A DNA stretch of 56,300 nucleotides, the filler included, from Catajapyx aquilonaris (lineage: Eukaryota): NCBI GenBank assembly GCA_000934665.2. It is 3 parts of 3 records of this genome, joined end to end, with 100 filler letters (N's around TTAATTAATTAA, not from the genome) between each part and the next. Parts side by side here need not be neighbours in the genome. Positions count along the whole stretch, not along the records: positions 37,591 to 56,300 come from JYFJ02006637.1; 2 more parts are not named here. The stretch is one strand, 5' to 3'. Below are positions 47,340-56,300 of this stretch, piece by piece. Numbering within the stretch: position 1 is the stretch's first letter; every line of letters begins with the position of its first letter. A model generated the notes under the pieces. That model searched no databases, was not told the DNA's origin, and saw only the letters and a list, made by a program, of their open reading frames with translations. The position numbers were made by a program, and so were the translations under genes.

Positions 47340-48238
47340 GAGCGCCGGATTTACGGCAAGGCAACCTAGGCAGTTGCCTAGGACAGCAGATTTCAAGGGG
47401 CGACAAATTTAGGCATACAAAAAATATGTAAATGAAGAATTAATAATATATAATTTTTTTTTAAAGACTTACCCCATTAGAGGGAACAGAGCCCTTTTAA
47501 GGGGGTGGATTACCACCATTTTGTCTTACGAAATTTCTTCGCATTTTTTTCTCTCCGGTGCAGGGGTCAGGATAGGGATTTGTAAGGGGGGGATACGGGT
47601 GTAAGTGCGATGTCTCAAATTGGGGGTCGTGTGTAGTCCCCCAGGGGGCCAAGCTACAAGACACTCCCCTAGGTGCAAGTCAGACACTCCCCACAGACAC
47701 CGCACCTCCTCATGGACAGGACAAGGATAGGAAAGGAAGAATCGGCTGTGGCCTATTATTTAGGAAGTAACCCTGGAATTCTCCTGGGTGGACTACATAG
47801 GAATTTATTTGGACCATGGGAAACCACAAAAAACCACGGTTAGGATTGCCGGACCCCGGGGCTCGAACCCAGGACCTCACGATTAGCAGTTGGACGCCTT
47901 ATCCACTCCACCAAACTGCTTTGGTATTAATAATAAATAATCACGCGACTGGAAGCAGCACCAGATTTACCATAAGGCAGAGTAGGCAATTGCATAGGGG
48001 TGGCTGCAAGTTGCAATAATAAATATTTTTCAAATAGGCTTCAATAATAGGAAATAAAGGCGAAATCATTAAAACATTCAAAATTTTCGCCAGGGGTATC
48101 CCAGCACTGGATTGGCCACTAGGCAGAATAGCCTAAGGGCCCTCTGGGGGCGGCCATAAGTTAAAATATAAAATTTTAAATAAAATAAAATGAAACGAGA
48201 GAATGCCTAGGGGCGGATGGGGGGTAAATCTGGCTCTG
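47340..48238. mobile_element. hAT-type element with a nested SINE
   Basis: Flanks CTAATAGT / CTAATAGC. TIR AGCGCCGGATTTAC vs GTAAATCTGGCTCTG. Confidence 0.55.
47700..47920 (-). mobile_element. tRNA-derived SINE, second family
   Basis: Minus strand A-box TGGTGGAGTGG, B-box GGTTCGAGCCC, then the GTGGTTTCCC...GGCCACAGCCGATTCTTCC core. Confidence 0.75.
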
Positions 48239-48601
48239 CTAATAGCCAATGATAACTCACAAACACAATGGCGCAACACTACCAATTTGATAAAAGGGAC
48301 TAATAGTAACTTGCTTGCACAGGGAAGTTTTGTCATTGATTTTATTAAAAACTTATTCGAATTTTTCTGAGACATGTAGATCCCACTTCCACCTTTTCCT
48401 CAAAAAGATTATTTCCCTACTTTGTTACTGTGTTATGTAGGCTTTGCATTTATTTCCTTTCTTTATTCTTTTGTACCTAGGGTTGTTTTGTCTGCTTTTG
48501 CATTTTTTCTGCATATTCTCATGTGATAACCTGCCACATTATTCATTGCATACGTTTCTGTACATTGAACCTCTCCTTTTCACAATTGTTGTGAACCCTA
48601 G

Positions 48602-48784
48602 ATGTACGCCATGAACGTTAAGCGCCCACCTGCTGACGAAGAGAATGGTTCCAGCCCACCACAGAAGAAGCTGGCTGTGCAGGTTTCAGTCAACTTCACA
48701 ATCAAGATGGCAAAGGACTCAGAGAAACCCAATGGACATGCAGCTAACGGTGCAAGGGATAAGGGCCAGGCGCCACCTGCTTAG
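48602..48784 (+). other. candidate orphan coding exon / small ORF (60 aa, NLS-like)
   Basis: GC-rich, protein-like island directly after a T/C-rich tract and TAG|. Reads KRPPADEENGSSPPQKK. Parent gene not identified. Confidence 0.4.
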
Positions 48785-49941
48785 CAGGCACGAAGGAAGG
48801 TGACGCTGAGACTCTCTGCAGCCATGTGCTCAATGGACAAAGCTTAACATTCATTATTTTCATCCATTCATTTCATTTCATTTGTTCATTTCATTCATTT
48901 AATTCATTCATTTCATTTTATTCATGCATTCGTTCATTTTTATTCATTTTTAAAACAATAGCTCAACCCCATGTGCCTACTCTTTGTTTTGTGGGTTTTT
49001 TTTATGGACCTTGTTAGCAAAAAGTACAAATGAATGTGAACTGTTTAAGTTATTACGAAAACATTCTGTTCATATCTGTTTGGAGTTGACAAGACCTGGT
49101 AGATTTGTAGTAAAAAATAAATTCAATGCATATTGAACTGGTATTTATGATTCATCACAGTGAAATTTGGTGATATTAGTTGACTAGTCAACTTACTGGC
49201 TTCATTTGTGACTACTTTCCCCATTCTTGAAAATGTGGATTTTGCTTGGTAGGTTGAAGAGGGTATTTCTTCAGCAGTAGCTGGATTCACATGTGAAAGC
49301 AACCAAGTGCACAGCCAATATTGCACAGGTCCACATGTATGGAGTTATAGTTAGAGGTTATTTATGAGCACATTTTGTCAAGTTATCGTTATTGTGACTC
49401 TGGGTAGGCAGATCATCTCCAAAAAACTGTTGGAATTACGATCGCTTGACAAATAAGTCTGAAGACAAGTGGCTGTTACAAATAAGATCTGGGTAACTCA
49501 CGTATTCATGTACCTGTGTCTTCACCTGCAAGTTTTGGGTATCTGGGTTTCCCTAGCTCTGGTGTAAAAATGGCTTGAAACCGGGATCCATGAATTGAAG
49601 GCATAAAGCAGTAAACTGGGGGAAGCAATAAAGTGCCACTTCCACAGTAAAACTCATTTTCAATTGGTTCATTACCCTTTTCGAATAGGCTATCCAGACA
49701 AACAGTTCACAATCCAAGGAGGTTCCCTGAGTTGACTCACTCCCTCACTCCACTCAACTTCCACAATTTGAATGTGACGGCTCTGTCTTTTGACATAATT
49801 ATGTGCATTAAAACTCCTGTGTTTGGGGAAAGATTATGTCACTCCCACCCTTTTCGCCATCATAGTGGCAGAGGAGATCAGTAAGGCAGCAACATATGCC
49901 CTTGCATTATTTGATTGTGAAAAAAATTATTACATATAGTA

Positions 49942-50177
49942 CAGGGTGTGCACAAAGAACCTGCCTAGTTTCAACGTGCTATTATTAAGCGAGTTACTGG
50001 ACCATGGTGTTGAAATTGTACAAATGAGAAGGGACATTCATCAAGTTTATGTAAAAAAATCAGTAGCCTTCCACGTGTGCTCCTTTAGTAGCAAGGACAA
50101 TTTTAAGGCAATAATATCCCTCCCCAAGGTGCTCTCCAGCATGTGTATAGCCATTGCTGCTGTTGCGCCATTAAACC

Positions 50178-50210
<33 letters not shown>

Positions 50211-50841
50211 GGGGTGATGGAGAACTCATCATTATTTGGGCTGTCCACTTTAGTTGTATACTCTCTGTCTTAGAGTTGTGGAAAAGCAAACTGTCCAGCA
50301 TGTACAACACTTTTGTGATCGACTTCTGCTCCGCTAACCATCACTTGTGTTTTTCACTCTGTAGATGCAATGTTTGCATCTTCTGACAGCATTCCCCACA
50401 GGAGCACCACCACATCGCATAGGCTATTCCAAAAATTCAGGATAAAACTTGTTGCGTCTCCAGATCATTTAACTCTGGAACCGTGACATGCCTGAAAGTT
50501 ACAGGAACCGTGACGTGGGGTCTTTTAGGATCCCATCCATATTTTAATTTTTTAAAATTTTTATATAATACTTTTCAATGTATTGACTATATGCAATCAT
50601 TCTTTAAACAATGCCTAAAATGATAACTAATTCAAAATAAACATGCACTTCCTGTTATATAAGTTCCTTTTTAAAAATGGAAACAGTTCATTGTCATTAT
50701 CATTTTAATGCATTTTAATTCCTTTGGGGACCTAAAAGACCCCACGTTATGGTTCCAGGGTTGAACAACTAAGACCTTAACTACCTCCGCATATATATTT
50801 CCTGCTCTTTGAAACCAGGGACATTCATTGTGGGCACCCTG
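49942..50841. mobile_element. Tc1/mariner MITE containing a piggyBac-like MITE (50473-50760)
   Basis: Outer TA|CAGGGTGTGCACA...TGTGGGCACCCTG. Inner TTAA|CTCTGGAACCGTGAC...GTTATGGTTCCAGGG with CGTGGGGTCTTTTAGG / CCTAAAAGACCCCACG arms. Confidence 0.6.
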
Positions 50842-52013
50842 TGTATGGACATGATTTTTACAGTTTCTGCAGTGTGGGGCTGATTGAATAATGAGGTAAG
50901 GATTATGTTGGACCCCATGATGCAAATAGCCAACAAGATATACATATGGGACTTATGGGCCCATTTCTGATTATGGCCCACCAGTTGAGAGTAGGAAAGA
51001 AAATAATAAAAAATAGGATAAACAATAGCAAGAAGCCTGGCACATATTCAGATTTCAACCCCAACCTTTTAATAGCTATAATTCCAACATAGTACATAAA
51101 CTTGGCACTTCTCATTGGATGACAGACAGACAGACAGATATTTTGTCATTCGGTGGTTCCGTTTCAGATCAGGCAATGAGTGTCCAAAGGTGTCACGTCA
51201 TAGCTATCGATTTTTTTGAAAAAAATGTATGTGAAACCCACATCCAATTGAACTTTTATGGAGCAATCAGTTTTAGGAGATTAAATAGTTATTGAGATAT
51301 TAATATTTCTTAAGGGGTACCAAAATAACATTCATGGGAAGATGCACTTTTTCCATTGCTTTCAATATTAGTATATTTCCGGAACTGTTCTGAAAACCAA
51401 CATGAAATTTTAAACTCATGCTTTTGGAATAATGCACTGTTATGTAATGCATAAATTTACCTTATTTAATGGTACAGTCATCTTCAAAACAAAAATCTCC
51501 AATCTTGCATATTTTGATCAAAATGCGCACATTTTGCAATTTAATACACCGATATGGTGAACGTGACAGTTGTGCTGATTATACAGTATTGTGATATAGT
51601 GTGATGTACTCGGTGACCCCTAAAGGTTATTAAATAAAACCTTTGTTAACTCCGTGTGTAGTTGAGATGAGTTGAGATATACGAGGTGAAAATATGGCAA
51701 CAAGCAAAAACATGCACATTTCAAAAATTATTTTCTCAAAAGCGCCATTTTTAATTTTAATTTTTAATTTTAATTTTTAATTTTACACGGACAGACAGGT
51801 TATAAAATGAAGTCGTGTCAAAACCTGTGTATATTTTTTATAAGTGAGATACAAATTTTTGTCAGGTGACAACTTTCATCATTGTGCTACAATATGCACA
51901 CTTTAAATAAATATGTTCTTGAAGAAGGTGTTTCAAATCTTTAATCGTTATTTTTTGTATAACAAAGTAGCATGAGTTCTATTATGTAAAATTATATCAA
52001 AATTCGGTATATA

Positions 52014-52221
52014 CAGGGTGTCTCAACTTTTTTGTCCGAACAGTTATCGGAAAAGCCTATGTAGCTTCTAGCTATGTAGCCAGAATATGCCCCAACATTC
52101 CTGACACATCCCTCAACTGATAAAGCCACGGAAGCATCACTGGTTGCAAGTCACTGCTAACAAATAAGCAGCTTAGTGCAATATTTCCGATAACTGTTCG
52201 GACAAAAAAGTTGAGACCCTG
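52014..52221. mobile_element. Tc1/mariner MITE
   Basis: TA TSD, ~40-bp TIR CAGGGT(GT)CTCAACTTTTTTGTCCGAACAGTTATCGGAAA. Confidence 0.85.
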
Positions 52222-52364
52222 TATTTGTATTCAGTAATATACGAATTTATTTCAGAGCTGTGATTTTAGTTTTTATGCAACAACATGCACATTTCAAAAA
52301 TTAATATCTCGAAAACCCAATTTTTAATATGCAAGATTTTTTTATATTTCATAAGGGAAAGACT

Positions 52365-52678
52365 GGTTCTATGATAAAATAATATCAAAACCTGGTGTAG
52401 ATTCTTGATAAATGAGATGCAAATTTATGAAAAGTAGTACTTTTTGCTTTCATTTAGTCTTTTAGTGTCTTTCAACATCCTTGCAGTTACTTCTAAAGTC
52501 ATAATGAACTATAGGGGAAATAGGTTCTATGATAAAATAATATCAAAACCTGGTGTAGATTCTTGATAAATGAGATGCAAATTTATGAAAAGTAGTACTT
52601 TTTGCTTTCATTTAGTCTTTTAGTGTCTTTCAACATCCTTGCAGTTACTTCTAAAGTCATAATGAACTATAGGGGAAA
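52365..52678. repeat. 156-bp tandem direct duplication
   Basis: 52365-52520 and 52523-52678 read identically, separated by TA. Confidence 0.9.
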
Positions 52679-54318
52679 GTGTACATATTTCGACCATGTG
52701 CCTAATTCCAACCACCATGCTATCTCAGTGACAGTATATCGGTTGCAAATTGCCAGTGATGGTCGTAAAATGTCACAAAGATGGAATTGGTGAGCTGGCA
52801 GCACTGATGCGAACATCCATGCATTGTGCAACCTTTGACACCAGTTTGTTTGTAAGCGCATGGTGGACTGCAGCGCATGCTGTTATTGGCCATCATTTCC
52901 CAGCAATTAAGCTATGCTATTCAATAATTTATTTTAGCCTATGATGTTGCTTGCACTGTTTATGTGGAGTAGCGACATCATGCTGCAACTTGTCGATGTG
53001 AACCCCTCAGCTATACAGTAAAAAGTTGTCTTGTTCCTAATTTCGGATACCTACCGTACTATCACGCTCATTTTGACAGTTCCATTTATTTCGCGGAAAC
53101 TCAAGAAAGAAGTCACAGACAGCGTTTGCGCATCTGTACTACCTGCTGTAAAAAACGTTCTCGTATGATTGTACCGTATTGATCAAGTCATTGATCAACG
53201 CCATAATTTTATTTTTTTGCAAATACGGAAAATGTTTCATTTTCATCATGCAGATAAACCAGTTTTCATTGCATTGTTATTAATCAAGCATTTTAAAGCA
53301 TTCACAAATTTAGAAAAATTTTTTTTACACCTTTCCCATTCAAATGCAGGTTCCGACATTAGGAACACTTTTTTTGAAACTGGAAAAATGGGTGTCTTCA
53401 CTTTTTAAATTTTGTGCTTTTTCCTATAATTTTGTTAAAAATTTTCATTGCGGGACCTAGTAGGTAAATGTTCAATGCATTAACATTAATTTTTCTTACA
53501 TTGCTGCGTTCAGCCATTTTCTAACAAGAGGAAAACAACGTAAGGGTGTCGAAATTTGGGCCCCTTAGCCTAACCGTAGTGAAATCAATGTATATTTCTT
53601 CAGTTGCAACACTCTGTATGCTATATCATAGACTTGGGTACAGTTGTTTGCATATTAATATGCGTAAACTTATATTGCCTAACTTTTGTTGTGAGTTTTA
53701 TTGTAGTAGGGAACTTACTTGACAGTATTTAAGTAGCAGTTACTTCCTCTTGTCGGGAGAAGTATAATATGTCAGTGTCGTTATTGTACATCCATTGTCC
53801 ACAAACCAATGATGTCAACTTTGAATCCCTTTCGCCGCTGGAATGGCTACCCATTCATCCTTTTTTTGCTTCCAGTATGCTTCCACACGATCTTGGGTTA
53901 CAGGTATGATGTTCACATTTTCTAGAGAAGCACTCTAACTGTAAGAAGACACTGGGTAACCTGTTGTTGTTGCTGTTGTTAATGTTTCTTGCCCTTCCCC
54001 AATAGAGCTCACGCACCCCCAAAAAGTGGAGTGGTCTGGTAATAAACAAAATGTGATAAAAAATCTCCATTAAGATTATCTGGACTTTAGAATGGATAAT
54101 TATCATAACAATGGAGTTAGGACACCAAAGTTGAAGTTGATTTGACAGTTAACAACTGAAATAAATATGATTATGTCTTGGACAGTGAATTTTTGTGGGG
54201 CCTGGTAAAAATTGCTGCCACTACGTTTATCTGTTACTTCTTACTTAGCAGGGCATTAATATTTAAATAATGAACCTGACGGACCACACAAACCTGAAGA
54301 CTGTATTAAAATCAATTA

Positions 54319-54611
54319 CAAAAAAATCTACCACTGAATTTTTAAAATGTTCTTGGCTTGTGGACTTTTTCAGAAATTGCTACACTTTGGTGTACAGTAC
54401 AACATTTAAGTTACTCGTATTTATATACTCGTATAAATAAAAATGTGACGACATTGTCTATTTAGACCTCAGTCCAATGTGCTACAATAAAAATTTCGAT
54501 TCAATTATCGTGTAATGGTTTTTAAAATCCCTTCATTCAAAAATGCACAGAAAATCCACATATCTCGGCAAGCCATGAAAAACATTTTAAAATTCAGTGG
54601 TAGATTTTTTG
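54319..54611. mobile_element. TA-flanked MITE
   Basis: CAAAAAAATCTACCACTGAATTTT / AAAATTCAGTGGTAGATTTTTTG arms. Shares its right TA with the next element. Confidence 0.7.
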
Positions 54612-54613
54612 TA

Positions 54614-55116
54614 CAGTAAAACTTCTATCAGTAAAACTTCCCTAACTCGAAGTTCTCCATAACTCAAAGTGCTGGCAGGGCCTTACGATGGGATATCAAT
54701 GCATTTTCAGTCTCCTTAAGTCGAAGTTCATGTGGGCGAGTACGGAAAATTTTCTCATTTCCCAACCAAAGGGTCAAGAGGAGGCCACGTACGGAAAGGC
54801 TCAATTTCCTGATCTCCGTCTACCAGACATTACCGAAATAAGTGTTTGATTAGATTGTGACAATTGAATCCTTGAATCTAAGAGTCGGCACATGTCCGTA
54901 ACGGATTTATTTTTACAACACAACAACAAGGAACATTGTAAGTGTGATAGTGACAGTTATTTTTAAGTTTTGAACACTTTTCGTCGCTGGATATAAAGGT
55001 AGGCTTCCTTGTAGAGTTCTGTGCTTAAAAAAAGCCAAACTTCTCTAACTCGAATCTTCTATAACTCGAAGTTTTTTCCCGGTCCCATGGAGATTCGACT
55101 TATAGAAGTTTTACTG
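54614..55116. mobile_element. Tigger/pogo-like MITE, copy 2
   Basis: Aligns to 8636-9219. About 90 bp near the 5' end are missing and CAGTAAAACTTC is duplicated. Confidence 0.85.
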
Positions 55117-55119
55117 TAC

Positions 55120-55310
55120 TTAATAGGAGATCAAGACAAATTGTGGGCCCCTCATATCTGTTGTGGTTCATGTGTAGGTTTGCTTAGTAGTTGGCTGAAA
55201 AGGAAAATCTCATCAGTGTCATCACACACCATTTGTGGTTCCCATGGCATGGAGTGAACCAATAAGAGCAATCATAAATTAAGAGCTAAGATGATTAGTA
55301 CAACTGCTAC
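55120..55310 (+). pseudogene. Chapaev3-like (CMC) transposase N-terminal fragment
   Basis: IGDQDKLWAPHICCGSC..LSSW, then frameshifted PFVVPMAWSEP and D*YNC, matching the GDQDKxWAPH..C..C..W..PMxWREP..DCYFC signature. Confidence 0.75.
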
Positions 55311-56300
55311 TGGTACTATACTACATTGGTAATGGCATGGAGACACTTTTTGAACTCACTGACTGTACCCAGAGACTCCAGTTTATCATGGGCATAATGT
55401 ACAAGGAGTCTTGTCGCTTCTTTGATCCAAGAATATTCTGGACCAAAGTAACCCCAGCACTTACAACTTTTTTGATTTATTTTTCCCTCACAATTCCTGA
55501 TAAGAATTATTATTTCATGACTTACATGTGCCTTGAATGGCAACTAAATGTCCTACAAATCCTTGCATGCTAAATGATGGTGATACCTACACGTGTAGCT
55601 GCACTGGCCTTAGCAGTACAGACTTCTTGAAAACACGTGCCAAAGTGATTGGTGGAAAGTAGCCCTCTGCTGGCAGATTTACAAATTTCGATGTGAGACA
55701 CCTGTAGTCCTGTACCACAGATGTCACCAATCCTAAGTGATTCTGACTGTGCTTATTACAATCATGTAGTTAGTGTCATTCATTACCTGCCATATTATGC
55801 ATTTTTGAAGTACTTGGTACTTGTTTGGACCATAGTAGCCCCTGCAGGATCAAATTAGCCTCATTTTACGGTATGTAACTTTGCAATGCAAAGGTATCAA
55901 AATGTTCACCAGTGAGACTACTCTTGCAGACTGGTAAAAGAATTTCATCTCTGCACAGTACAGTATGCAGTACAGGGTCTGATAACCTGCTAACTCCTTT
56001 CACTTGCCCTGCAAAATATATTATAGTTGACAGGGAAAAAAAGTATTTACCAGGAACAGGGAAAAGGAAAATAAGTATGACTACTGTGATGACTACATTC
56101 AAATCATTCTCTTTTGATTATTGTTATTAGAAAAAGCACCAAATTATTTTGGCCGGACTCATGGCAGAACAGATCCACACAACATTTACACACAAGTGGT
56201 GACTACACTGTAAACCGCAAAGCATTAAAAAAGCATTAACAGAACATCACAGGTGAGTCTCAGACGGACCATTAAGTGAGGTATATTTTTAATGCTGTGC

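Overview
Eukaryotic, almost certainly arthropod, genomic DNA. It consists of three contigs joined by artificial 100-bp spacers (44 N + TTAATTAATTAA + 44 N at 18713-18812 and 37491-37590), so linkage across the spacers is not established. Contig 1 (1-18712) is a transposon graveyard. It holds the 3' end of a restriction-like-endonuclease non-LTR retrotransposon, an LTR+PBS remnant, Sola2-like and Academ-like coding relics, a Helitron, a tRNA-derived SINE and several layers of nested MITEs. Contig 2 (18813-37490) is a compact, nearly TE-free cluster of gustatory-receptor (7TM ion channel, TYhhhhhQF) genes: nine intact, one truncated by the gap, plus orphan exon and promoter relics. All share three phase-0 C-terminal introns. 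Contig 3 (37591-56300) carries a 3-coding-exon LRMDA-like leucine-rich-repeat gene with a GC-AG intron, a candidate orphan exon, and many SINEs, MITEs and relics, including a Chapaev3 fragment. The most interesting signals are in the Gr cluster. Three paralog pairs show a constant/variable mosaic, two pairs from different clades are arranged head-to-head, one of those promoters carries a 94-bp zero-spacer palindrome, and one paralog has gained a microsatellite-like intron. Gr numbering (Gr-1 to Gr-10) is my own positional labelling. All exon models were read by eye and no database searches were run.
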